From contig NC_043022.1 of NCBI RefSeq assembly GCF_006345805.1, forward strand, positions 11,284,001-11,348,000: a DNA stretch of 64,000 nt, written 5' to 3'. This document shows positions 46,701-59,079 of this stretch, piece by piece. The DNA comes from Octopus sinensis (lineage: Eukaryota). How positions within the stretch are numbered: position 1 is the first letter of the stretch; each line of letters begins with the position of its first letter. The notes beneath the pieces were generated by a model that was not told where the DNA came from, made no database searches, and saw nothing but the letters and a program-made list of their open reading frames with translations. The position numbers and the translations under genes are program-made.

Positions 46701-49700
46701 AGTTTGTTGGTGTCAATAAGTTTAATTGCCTTGATGCTTGAAGAAGTGTCATGTTTTGGAAAGTCAGTTCTTTTGACAGAATAGAAGAGTTATGGTCAGT
46801 GGAATGATAAAAGAAATGAATAAGTTAAAAAGTAGGGTGGGTAAGTGAATTTGGAAGTGATTGTATTTCAATTGACTATTTCAGCTCTACTTAACCCTGA
46901 ATTCAAATGAAGAATAACAGGTTTATTGCTGTCTACTTATATTTTACTTGTATCACAATCCTGCACTATTTCACCTGTTATATCTGGTTCCTTAATAAAC
47001 CACCACCAATCAACTTTTGTCACTTCCCAGTTTCTGTTGATTGCAATCTTTGATTTTTCTCTGAGTTTGAGTTAGCCCAAACTAACTGGACTAATGCATC
47101 ACTTAAACTCATTTGCTCTTTCTCACTCTATTGACCTTTCAGGAATTGGCCCCAGGCGTGGTAAAAGACTCAACATGGCTTTTTTTTTTTTTACTTCACT
47201 GCATACTTTTTTAGTTCACTTTTTGATACTATTTGTATTAAAATGTTAAAAGTTAAAACTAACTATCGGTTTTCATGTGGATGGAATCTCAAAATTATTT
47301 TATTATTAAAACATTTCTATTTTTTCTATATCAACAAGTGTATAAGTTTCTGCAGTTACTTAAAGATTTTTCTTGTCTCTACTTCAGCAAGTAAGGTGCA
47401 GTATGGCAAGTATGGAGTTCATTTTGCTGGAGAAATCCTAAGATTCAAACATGTCCAGAATTGCCTCCCATACTTGCCATCAGATTCTAACATTGGTCAA
47501 CAAATGATAATTGCTTTTCTCTAGACATTTTTTTTTTCAACCTTTCTTACCATCAGCACACACTGGTCTGTAGACTATACAGATATATATCTAATAAACT
47601 ATATTATTATAAAGCTGTTTTTGTATATTATGTATATCATCATCATTTAATGTTCACTTTCCATGCTGGCATGGGTGTGCGTGTGTCTTTTGTCTGGTGG
47701 GAGTATCTCCTAACTTTGATGCCGTGTGATAGTTGTAAATGAGTACCACTGACAAAAGAAGGAGTGTCTGTCATTTCCAATCTTTCAAGAGAAACTGTTC
47801 AACCATAGGGAAGTATTGCCTTTCTTGGAAACAGGTGAGAGTTAGTAACAGGGCGAGCATCCAACCATAGAAAATCTGTCTCAATAAATTTTACCTGGTA
47901 CTTGCAAACATGGTAAAGTGGATGTTAAAATAATGATACATGCATTCTATTTATATGTACAATTGCATATTGCTGCATAATAATTTATATAAAGTCTCCA
48001 AATAGTTTTTATATATCCACTTATAATATAACTGTATAACTTAATGTTTGCTGCAAAGCTTTCCATTACGTCTGTGCACTAATCACTATATGATCATGTG
48101 CCTGGCTGTGTGATTAAGAGTCTTACTTTATGAATACACGGTTTTGTGCTCAGTTGCACTGCACAGGAACTGAAGCATGTATCTTGAACAATAGCCTCAG
48201 CTCAACAAAAACTTTACAAGTAGAAACTATATGGACACCTGCTGGAGTGACCATTCTTGATCCTCTCTGTGTTAGACTTAATCTGTTGACTAGTTTAACA
48301 TCACCACTACCTCGCCGGGTGGTTCTCAGCCATGCTTTTTCCCATGGACCCCTTCGATTCCTATTTTACTTGGATGGACCTTATAGCCATATTATTGGGA
48401 ATTGTATGAAGAAATTGTTGAAATATTTTATGTATTGTAGAAGTATATCCAATTTATTGCACATAAATTTTAACAACAAAATCTTATGTGGACCCTAGTT
48501 GAGAATCACTGACCTTTAGCACAGGCACTCTCTTGCAAGCATTTGGGTGAGGTCTGCAGTCTTGGAGGCCTAAAAAAATGGAAATGGGTACTGTTATTTC
48601 TTATCTAAGTTATGTGAGAAAAAAAAAAGAAAGACCCATAAACATTCTTTCCTTTGATATTTTCACTCTTTTTAACAGCCTCATAACCTTTGGAAAGCTG
48701 CCCTTTCTTCAGCTTGTAAAAGCAAGAATAACTATTTTGCTTTGTAGTTGCCACCTTCAGTGTATACTTTTTATAATCTGTGTTAAAATGAGGAAACTTG
48801 TATGCTGTCACTCACCCTGCTTGTCTCAGATCACACCCTTACATCATACTTAAAATTGTGGAATAGTCATTATTAGGAAATCTTTCATCATAGATCTGCT
48901 TGCTTAGAGTTGACCTGGAGTTAAACAAGTATTATAGAAAACATTCTATAATATTGTAAAGTACAGCTTCTGTGATCTGAAGAGATGTCTATTTACAATC
49001 CCACAATAGAGATATCCTACAGTTTTCTAGTTTTATGTAATATTGACTATAACATAAGATTGCAAAATTCTTCTCTACACTTTTGAGCACACTCATATTT
49101 GAATCTTTTCTAGAATTGTAGTCTCATGTGGGTATTTACAGTTTAGTATGTATTCTTTGGAGTTATCTTGAATTTCAGCCTTTTTTTTTTTTGTGAGTTA
49201 GGTATGTCTAGAAATTCTCCTACAAATCAGTTTTCGGTGTGCTTTTTTATTTATTTTATTTTTTATCTATAAATAACTTTTGGATGATCTCCAGGACTTC
49301 AACTAAATTATGAGTGATGTTGAGAAGTTAACAAATAAGAATTGTTTACAGTTAGCAACTGGTATTTGTGAAAGTTATCCAGAAATTCATTTATAGATCA
49401 GGATTATCTCAAAGTTCTCCTGTAGGTTTATCTTGAGTGTCTATTCATTTTCCCTGCATATACCGAATTGTTTTGGGAAGGTTTAGAATTACTTCTTGAA
49501 GTATCTTTTTATGATTTCTGGAATTCCTCTCACGTAAATGTTTTAACCAATAATGAGTGGAAGTTAAGGAAAAGTGGACTGAAGCCTGTTTGTGAGTATG
49601 TGTGTATGTATGCATATATCTTTTGCTAATATATATATATATATATATGTAAAAGATAAATGCATCTGTGAGAAAACTGAAAATGATGCTTTCAAATAAA

Positions 49701-51364
49701 AATATGCTGTGTGGTATTTGTATCCTACTGAGTTACACAGACTCTCTCTTGTGACACTCACCATCAGAAGTGTTTTGAAGTGATGGCTTATTAGAAAGCT
49801 CTAACAACAGTATTTTGGACATATTGTCATGTAAAATAAAAAAATTTTAAAACATATTTTGGGAGGTGGTCTAAGAATTTTAGTGCCATTAGTTGCTATT
49901 GTTTCTCTCTTGTTATAAGTACTTGCAATCTTTTGATAATCCTTTCTACTATAGGCACAAGACCTGAAATTTTGGGGGAGGGGACTAGTTGATTACATCA
50001 ATCCCAGTATTTCACTGGTATTTATTTTGCCGACCCCAAAAGGATGAAAGGCAATGCTGACCTCAGCAGAATTTGAACTCAGAACATAGTGATGGGCAAA
50101 ACACCACTAAGTATTTCATCCAGCATGCTAACGATTCTGCCAGCTCGCCACCTTCACAATCTTTTGGTAATAAAATTCACAAGGTTGATAGATGGCTTAT
50201 TTGATAGTGTATCAAAGCACTATTCCACATCCTGTCACTGGAATTTCATTGTGTCTATAGATGTGACTCATATTGCCCAGTTCACCTAATTATCTCTGGT
50301 TGGAATTCTTTGCTACTATGCACAGCAACTTTGCAGTAAAATTGATGAACTTATTAGCTTACAGAATTCCAAGTTCAGTTCCTCCAGTGGATTTAAGCCA
50401 TGTGAGATATCCTAACCATGCAGTTCTATTTGTATTGCTAAGCAAGGGTAGTCTTAAAAATAATCTACTGGAATTCCTAAATTACAGCTGTTTAGATTTC
50501 AACATGTTCCAAAAGTACTTTGAATTAATGTTGAATATTATATATCTTATATGTTTAGTATTGGTCTTTTCTAAATTTTAGGAGAAAACTGTACCAAATG
50601 TTTATTACAGGCTAATGTATATTTTTTTAATATACACTCATGGTTAAAATGTTTTTGATTTCAATTTTTTGTCTATACACCCGAGATTTATCTCTCATTC
50701 AACTCTTCATTTCATCATTGTCAAATCATTACTCTCCTTATTTTCATTTCATTATATTTCTTCTGTGTACGCACATGTGAATGTATAGTGTATGTGTGTG
50801 TGTGTGTGTGCATGCGTGTGTGTGTGTACATGTGTATTTCACTCATAAAATCATTATAAATTGCAGTTTCCTTAAGTCATTTGATAATTTCAAACTGATA
50901 TGGTCAGCTAGTTGTTTCAAACTCTGGTTTTTGTCAGGTAATGCGCGGTGTCACTATGTCTCTCTCTCTCTCGCTATGTGGTGTCGGTTCTCCCTCTGTT
51001 TTCACTGTCTCTCTCTCTCTCGGTATATATCTCACCTTCACTCGCTTTCACAGGCTTAGCTAATACCGCAGGATGAAAAACATCAGCTAAGTTCCCGACC
51101 TGTTTCCTCTTTTCATTGTTTTTGCAAGCCTTATTGTTATTGTATTCCCATATCGTTGTCTTTCGTCTCAAATGCTAGCTGAAGCATAAAAACTTTCACT
51201 CACAAAAACTTATTCACACCACCGCAAAGCATTTCATCTCAATCCTGTCTTCTTTCTGCCGCCTAAAACCCCATCTTCTCCCAATGCGCGGTGCGCCCGC
51301 CCTCCCTCCCCCACCACCAATACCGGTGAACACTGTTCTCACCATCTACGCCGGATACTCCCTC

Positions 51365-52193
51365 TTATGTTTCTCTATCTGTCTAACTATTTATCAAATT
51401 TCTCTATCTATCTAATTTCTCTATCTATCTATCTATCTATCTTCATTCGTCTAAAATCAAACTTCGTATCTTCGCGCCATCTTGAAGTATGTCCCCTCTA
51501 ATACACATATGTTCTCTCTCTCTCTCTCTCACTCTCTCATTCATCTACAAGCTGTAGTCCTGAGTGCAGATAAGTTGAATGCTTAATTTTCACTTCGGTT
51601 ACCATTTATTTATGTTTCTCTATCTGTCTAACTATTTATCAAATTTCTCTATCTATCTAATTTCTCTATCTATCTATCTATCTTCATTCGTCTAAAATCA
51701 AACTTCGTATCTTCGCGCCATCTTGAAGTATGTCCCCTCTAATACACATGTTCTCTCTCTCTCTCTCTCCTCCTCACTCTCTCATTCATCTCCAAGCTGT
51801 AGTCCTGAGTGCAGATAAGTTGAATGCTTAATTTTCACTTCGGTTACCATTTATTTATGTTTCTCTATCTGTCTAACTATTTATCAAATTTCTCTATCTA
51901 TCTAATTTCTCTATCTATCTATCTATCTTCATTCGTCTAAAATCAAACTTCGTATCTTCGCGCCATCTTGAAGTATGTCCCCTCTAATACACATGTTCTC
52001 TCTCTCTCTCTCTCACTCTCTCATTCATCTCCAAGCTGTAGTCCTGAGTGCAGATAAGTTGAATGCTTAATTTTCACTTCGGTTACCATTTATTTATGTT
52101 CCTCTATCTGTCTAACTATTTATCAAATTTCTCTATCTATCTAATTTCTCTATCTATCTTCATTCGTCTAAAATCAAACTTCGTATCTTCGCG
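51365..52193. repeat. Tandem repeat of about 243 bp, 3.4 near-identical copies, inside a CpG-rich composite element (about 50935-52440)
   Basis: A unit starting TTATGTT(T/C)CTCTATCTGTCTAACTATTTATC begins at 51365, 51610, 51855 and 52094. The copies differ mainly in (ATCT)n and (CT)n length. Confidence 0.92.
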
Positions 52194-52440
52194 GTGCACC
52201 CACCCTGCCCACCCCCACCATCAATACCGGATATCTCTATATTTTGCTCCATCTATACCGGATGTCGCTTCTCCCACCACCATTATAGGTGTCTACTCTT
52301 CGAACCCCCCTCTTCAATACGCTATTTCACCATGCATTACCCCTCTCTCGATATCCTACGTTCTACTTGCCTAGAACCTGTCATCATTTCTCTGAACCAC
52401 CCCTCCCCACTGGTGCTCCCCTATATTTCTGCACCCCCCC

Positions 52441-52684
52441 ATAAAAAAGCACCATCCGAACGTGGCCGATGCCAGACCCCTCTGGCACCTGTGCAGGTGG
52501 CACGTAAAAAACACCCACTACACTCGCGGAGTGGTTGGCGTTAGGAAGGGCATCCAGCTGTAGAAACACTGCCAGACTAGACTGGAGCCTGGGGCAGTCC
52601 CGAGCTCCCCAGACCCCGGTCGAAACCGTCCAACCCGTGCTAGCGCGGAAAACGGACGTTAAACGATGATGATGATGATGATGA

Positions 52685-52688
<4 letters not shown>
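52441..52688 (+). mobile_element. RTE 3'-end fragment with (GAT)n tail
   Basis: CTGGCACCTGTGCAGGTGGCACGTAAAAAACACCCACTACACTCGCGGAGTGGTTGGCGTTAGGAAGGGCATCCAGC is nearly identical to 10933-11010. Confidence 0.85.
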
Positions 52689-52723
<35 letters not shown>

Positions 52724-53090
52724 TACTTACTTTTGTAATTATTGTATAACTAATGTGTGTGGATTACTGTCTTTTTATGAATATATTTGTTAACGATTAT
52801 TATTTCTTCTTCATCATCATCATCTTTTAACGTGTGTTTTCCTGCTAAAAATATCTTGTTTAACTTCATTGATATTGCTTTATATTTTATTGTTTTTCAA
52901 TGGAGTTATCGATAATATTATGACTATTTATGCAGCGGCATATAAAGTGCAGGCAATTTTGAAACACCTTTATTTATCATATTAATAGCTTTTGTTTAGG
53001 CATAATTATTACAGTCGCCATTGATTTTGCTACTAATATAATGCTATTAACTTTTCTGACACATTACTCTCTCCTTTCAATCTCATCAAG

Positions 53091-53222
53091 GCCCTGACGT
53101 GCCAAAACCTGGGTTATGTTCTCCTGATGAATTCAAGTGTCGTAGTGGTGCTTGTATTCAACTGAGATATTACTGTGATCATGAACTTGACTGTTCTGAT
53201 GGATCTGATGAAGAAAACTGCC
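53091..53222 (+). CDS. HSPG2: Perlecan-like exon: LDL-receptor class A repeat 1
   Basis: AG at 53089-53090; GTAAGT at 53223. (G)[43 protein letters not shown] has six Cys and the acidic DCSDGSDE motif. Phase 1 to 1. Confidence 0.92.
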
Positions 53223-53835
53223 GTAAGTGTCATTATGCTATCTTTCTTCATGTTGTCTGTGCATGTCACTCATTTTCACCTTGATCATTTTCATTGTTGT
53301 CATCACCATCATCAGTATTGTCATGGTATCCACAATCATGATCATTGCAGAAATTACTGAGTGGAAATGTTGTGATTTGTTTGTGGGTGTCACCCAAAGT
53401 AGAAGTAGACCAGGCAGGACTTGGGAGGAAGTGATGAGATTAGATCTGAGAACACTGGACCTCACAGTTAAAATGATATAGTACTAGTACAACTCAGGTA
53501 ATACTGAATTGTAGAATATCCAACTTTTGACTGTTTAGGAAAATAGGACTTACACAATGATGTCTGAGATTAACCATTGGGTAAGCATTAGTTTTTCATA
53601 AAAAATGTGTGTGTGCAAGCCTAAAGAAATCTAAGCTTTACCTAGGCCTGTATTCTGGGAAGAAGCTTCCCATACACCAATACATGGCCAGTCCTGACCG
53701 ATGAAAACTTCAGATAATATGATGATAAGTTGAAAGATGAAAAACAAAGTTAACCTCAGCGGGATTTGAACTCAAAATATAAAGAACCAGAAGAAATACC
53801 ATAAAGCTTTTTCTTTTAATAATAATAATAACTAA

Positions 53836-54370
53836 TTCTTTTTATTGGCCACAAGGGCTGACACACATGATTGGAAAACATAAAGGGACAAAACAGGACG
53901 AAAGGTTACAAAAGGTTTTGTCCATTTTTCGAAAGAAAAAAGTCCGTGTAAACAAGCTTTACAACAACGAAAAAATTCAACAATTTACAATACTCCCAGT
54001 AGAGGAGACGCTTCGAAAAAAGAAAGGTCTCACGTGGAAAAACCCATAAAAGCCATGGGAGCCTGGTCAAAAGGGGGGAGAGAGCCCCTTTCTCCTTTTA
54101 TAATACCTTTTTCAATTACAGGCGAAACCTCAGAATTGGTCCATTTATACTGGCCATTCTTGCACAATTCACCCACCTTTCAGAAAACTTGCTATCAGAC
54201 AGCACAGTATCTCTTGTTCAGATGATATTCTACCATGAGCACTACTCTGTATTGGAGCCTATAGACATATTGAGCTGCTATGCTCTGCTCAGTAACGTAG
54301 TCCACCTAGCTGCAAATAGGTAACATATTTAGGCACAGTTCATCTCTCTAAATACAACTTTAATGATCCT
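53836..54370 (-). mobile_element. 3' fragment of a diverged sister Tx1 family, adjacent to a (TAA)n tract
   Basis: Minus strand ends KFSERWVNCARMASINGPILRFRL-stop, versus CFKKRWVNVARMARMNDEATLSIVL in copies A and B. The terminus TTCTTTTTATTGGCCACAAGGGCTG resembles TTTCTTTATTAGCCACACAGGGCTG. Confidence 0.7.
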
Positions 54371-55572
54371 TAGTGTTGTGTAGAAGTTTTGTGCTGAAAC
54401 TGTGAAGATAATCACTCACTAATGAATGTTTGTGCTTAGGAAAAGTTGAAATATTGATTTTGTCATATTTATTTGATTATTTAGTTAAGAAGTTCACATC
54501 AAAACTATGTGGATCCAGGTTCAAACTGAGTAAGTGCCTTCTACCATAACTCAAGGTTGACTAATACCTAATACCATCTGAGTGAAAATTAGTTGATGGA
54601 AACTGTATAGAAGCCAGTCATATAGGTCATCATCATTACCATCATTTTTGTATCCACTTCCATGACTGTGTGGGTTGGGTGGTGAATTGGCAGAATTATT
54701 ATGAGTGTCCATATTTTCCATTATAGCACAAGTTGAATGAATGGTTAGATTGTGTCTTTCTCAAAATTATCAAACAGCATGGGGTTTAGGGAATCTGGGG
54801 CCTATGTTTCTAAGACTAGGAAAAATCTCTGTAAAAAAGTGTTAGCACTATTTGCAAAAAAGTTTTGACAGCAGTCACAACATGTCCCATTTATACTCAT
54901 TATTTAACCATTACCTTGTCATCACTTTTCTGGCATGAGCCAATGAATATAATGACTTTTTTAACATCTACCAACCATAATTGTTTCCAAAACAACTTGT
55001 TTTGCAAAGCTGTTTTTCACACTTAACTAATCTTATGAAACTATCCTCCAAGCTACTTCAAGTCTTAGGTCCTCTTTCAAATATTTGCTTTCTCTTCACT
55101 TACCGATTCCAGTTACTCACTTCACTGCCTATATTAAACTGTCCTTTAAAAGTGACTCAGTTCATCTCAGTTCATCTCACTCAACTGAATCCAGTGGTTT
55201 CTCCAAGTTGTCTATTATATTTAAGTGCTCTTTCACCTTTGTCTTTCATGCTTTCAGTGTAGAGAAGGCACATGTATAGGCTGATGGACTTGTAGAAATA
55301 TTAAAACTTTGGACAGTATGATTTGCAGTACCGGTTTTGGCTCTTTGAATTCTGAATTCAAATTCCACTTAGGTACAGATTGCCATGGCTAATCACTTAA
55401 CCTTGGAACACCCCATCTAGCCTGCAGTTGGCCAGCATGAATCGTGAGGCAGACAGCCAACATGGATTAACCAGCATTGGCATGCCAAGGTTTCACCCAG
55501 CGGTGGCTTGATAACAGCTGAATAGAAACTGTTTTAACCATTTTGTTACCATATTCCTGTTGAGATGCTCTG

Positions 55573-55749
55573 TCATCATCATCACCGTTTAACGTCCGCT
55601 TTCCATGCTAGCATGGGTTGGACGGTTCAACTGGGGTCTGGGAAGCCAGAAGGCTGCACCAGACCCAGTCTGATCTGGTAGTGTTTCTACAGCTGGATGC
55701 CCTTCCTAATGCCAACCACTCCGTGAGTGTAGTGGGTGCTTTTTACGTG
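55573..55749 (-). mobile_element. RTE 3'-end fragment, antisense
   Basis: Reverse complement of the GAGTGGTTGGCATTAGGAAGGGCATCCAGCTGTAGAAAC...AACCCATGCTAGCATGGAAAGCGGACGTTAAAC-(GAT)n end. Confidence 0.85.
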
Positions 55750-56072
55750 TCTTTCAATTAATTTTAAATATAACAAAAAATTTAGTAAAATAACTTAGTT
55801 ATCATTAAGCTAGTGTTAGGAACATAAATTTTGACTAAGGTTTGAAGGAAGATTTTAATTCAGAACTTTTGAAAACAAGACATTTGTCCTTCAGAGCCAG
55901 AGTTGGTTTCAGGCAGGTTGATATCAAAACAGTTAAGCTGTTGTAGGCATTCTACTTTGCCTGTCTATATTTTAACTATCCTTATAGAATGATATTTTTT
56001 AAAGAATGTGTCCCATACTAGTAAGTAATGAGAATAATTATGCATTTCATTAATATGTTTTCTTTTTGACAG

Positions 56073-56183
56073 CAACTCGTTGCAGGCAAGATGAATTTAG
56101 ATGTAGGAATGGAGACTGCATCCCATACACAAAGTTCTGCAATGATGTAAATGATTGCTCTGATGGAAGTGATGAAGAGTGTC
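56073..56183 (+). CDS. HSPG2: Perlecan-like exon: LDL-receptor class A repeat 2
   Basis: TTTTTGACAG acceptor; GTAAGT at 56184. (P)[36 protein letters not shown]. 111 nt, phase 1 to 1. Confidence 0.92.
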
Positions 56184-57645
56184 GTAAGTGTTACATTGTA
56201 ATTTTTCTAAATGCTTTTCTCACTATTTGATTATGTGTGCATCACACACACTCAGGATTTTACAGTTACCAGTGAAATAACAGAACATAACATAAGCAAT
56301 TTGAGCATTAGAAAAGCCCTCCTTAGTCATAAAATAAAACTGCTGATTCACAACAGACAAGGATCACATTAGGCAGATTGGGTGTTGTAACAATTTCAAA
56401 ACAAAAATCCTTTTGTTAGTCTGAAGGTTTAAATAAAACACACACACACATACACACACATTTGTATATATGTGAGTGTATGTCATAATTTCTGCTTCTT
56501 TGCATGAGACCATCTGAGCAAACCATGATGATGACATGCTTACATTCTCTGTAAGCATTACATCCTCAGTCTCTGCTCTTTTGAAGTTTAATGGGGAAAA
56601 AACATCCCTCACTTGAAAGCAGGTAAAGATTAGTGACAGGTGGAACCTCTGGCCAAAGAATACTACCTTCAATAAGCATCTGTCAACCCATACCAGCATT
56701 GGAAAAGACAGATGATTGAAGGACAGCACATCAGTCTCATAATCCAAGGCAATATGTAGTCTTTTACTGTTTTACTTGTTTTAATTGACTATGATTATGC
56801 AGAGGAAGTGCCTTGGAAAGCTTTCTTAATTGAACATACTGACCTCTGTACTTATTTTAAAGTCTTGTACTCATTTTGTCGATTCCTATTTATCCAAGTA
56901 TTGAAGATATGGAACATAAACACAGAGAACTGTTTTTTAAGTGGTACCGGTATAAAGACAGGCATGGAGATACAAAAACAATCAAACACACACACTCACA
57001 CATGTGTACACGTGCACACATGCAACACACACACATACACATGTATGTATGTATTGATAGTTGTATATGAATGTATATAAAGGCACTTCAAAGAAGATGT
57101 GGGAACAAAGTATGCTTTCAAATATGTTTTCCTTTCCGTTAAACTTAAGAATAAAAAAATCAAACTAAAATGTTTCCCCTTTCCCTTTCATTTTTCACTC
57201 ACTCTCTGTCTGTCTGTTTGTCTCCGTTTTGTAATATATATCTGTGAACAACTATGTTGCAAAGTTTCTGAGAAGATAGGAAATTCCTATTGATTGTTTA
57301 GGTGTAGTATATTTTATAAACAAAGATAAACATTCATTGAAACAGAATGTATGATAGTCTGTACCATTCTGTTTCATTATAAAAGCTCTGTGTGTATGTG
57401 TAGTTGTCTGTCTGAGTATGTGTGTGTGGGCACACCTAGAAAAATGTAAATTGTCTTTGATATGAAATGCTTTCCCATGTCAAGAAATGTCAATTCTTTG
57501 TAGCAAATGTGTTTCTTAAATAAAGATAAACATTCCTTCATTCTTTGTTATTGACTGCTATACAGCTCTCTATCTGAGTGTGTAGTATGTATATATATAT
57601 ATATAATATATATATATATAATGTATATAATACACACACATACAT

Positions 57646-57692
<47 letters not shown>

Positions 57693-57819
57693 TTATAATA
57701 TACATATATTAATATATATGTGTGTGTTGTGTGTGTATACATACACACATACATTACAGACATGTATGTATACATGGAATACATGAATATATATATATAT
57801 ATGCATATTATAGATGTTA

Positions 57820-58065
57820 ACCTTAACCATGCGGCCTTGGGTTCAATCCCACTGTGTGGCACCTTGGTCAAGTGTCTTCTACTGTTATTCTGGATTGACC
57901 AAAGCTTAGTGGGTGGTATTGGTAAATGGAAAATAAAAGAAACCTTTGTGTGTGTGTATCTTTATGGTTGTTGTTATGTTTGTCCCCCACTACTGCTTGT
58001 AACTTAGCAGTTTGGTAAAAAGGAGGAATAGAACAAGTGCTGGTGCAACAAAAATAACGCCCTGT
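57820..58065 (+). mobile_element. Decayed CORE-like SINE
   Basis: GGGTTCAATCCCACTGTGTGGCACCTTGGTCAAGTGTCTTCTACT...GACCAAAGC...(GT)n...TTTGTCCCCC. Confidence 0.65.
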
Positions 58066-58378
58066 ACACTTTGGAGTTCAGCACATTCCTCTGAGAGCTC
58101 AATAGATCCTCTCAAACTGTCCAGCCATATGCCAGCATCTAAGATGGACATTAAATGTTGATGATACATATAAATATACATACTTGAATGTGTGTGTGTT
58201 GACTTATTGCCCAGTTGAGCAAGACCACCTCGTCCTTGGGATCCCTCAGCAGAGTCTACTCTTTTGTAAGCATTCCACTCCAGTTCTCTAATCTGAGGAT
58301 GACTTCTCAATGTCCTTCCACCATCTTGGAAGCCTCCACTGATGAAGCCAAACAAATCAAAACTTCGAAGTACTGTCA

Positions 58379-58478
58379 NNNNNNNNNNNNNNNNNNNNNN
58401 NNNNNNNNNNNNNNNNNNNNNNNNNNNNNNNNNNNNNNNNNNNNNNNNNNNNNNNNNNNNNNNNNNNNNNNNNNNNNN
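58379..58478. other. Assembly gap (100 N)
   Basis: Run of N; the true gap size is unknown. Confidence 1.
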
Positions 58479-58491
58479 ATATGTATAATAT

Positions 58492-58538
<47 letters not shown>

Positions 58539-58540
58539 AT

Positions 58541-58850
58541 GTAGAGGCCACAATGGCTCAGTGGTTAGGGGAGCGGACTTGTGGTCGTAGGATCGCGGTT
58601 TCGATTCCCAGACCGGGCGTTGTGAGTGTTTATTGAGCGAAAACACCTAAAGCTCCACAAGTCTCTGGCAGTCCCTTTGGCAATCCCTGCTGTACTCTTT
58701 CGCTGTAACTTTCTCTTGCTCTTTCTTCTGTTGGCCTGCTCGCCTAGCCACCGGGATTGTGTCATTTGAAGGCTAAAAACAATGCGAAGCACATTGTGAC
58801 CAGCGATGTGTAATAATAACTGATAGCCTGGTCGGTCACGATGAACATGA
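58541..58850 (+). mobile_element. tRNA-derived SINE
   Basis: AATGGCTCAGTGGTTAGGGGAGCGGAC...GGTTTCGATTCCCAGACCGGGCGTTGTG; the head matches that of 25994-26289. Confidence 0.8.
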
Positions 58851-58965
58851 TGATATGTATGTATATGTGTGTGTGTGTGTGTGTGCTTAATGATTGTGCA
58901 GAAAATTTTTATCATTTTCCTGTATGTTCATTTGCAATGGTAAATATTCGCTTTTTTGTTTTCAG

Positions 58966-59079
58966 CTAAAACTTGTGGTGCTCATGAATTTAAGTGTAAT
59001 GATGGATCTTGTATCAAAATCTCCCAGCGGTGCAATAGAAAATATGAGTGTCGTGATAGATCAGATGAAACGGGTTGCG
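58966..59079 (+). CDS. HSPG2: Perlecan-like exon: LDL-receptor class A repeat 3
   Basis: TTTTGTTTTCAG acceptor; GTATGT at 59080. (P)KTCGAHEFKCNDGSCIKISQRCNRKYECRDRSDETGC. 114 nt, phase 1 to 1. Confidence 0.92.

Noticed and set aside
57990-58646. 218-aa ORF spanning the gap
   Set aside because: Artefact of translating Ns, microsatellite and SINE sequence; 58200-58378 could not be classified.
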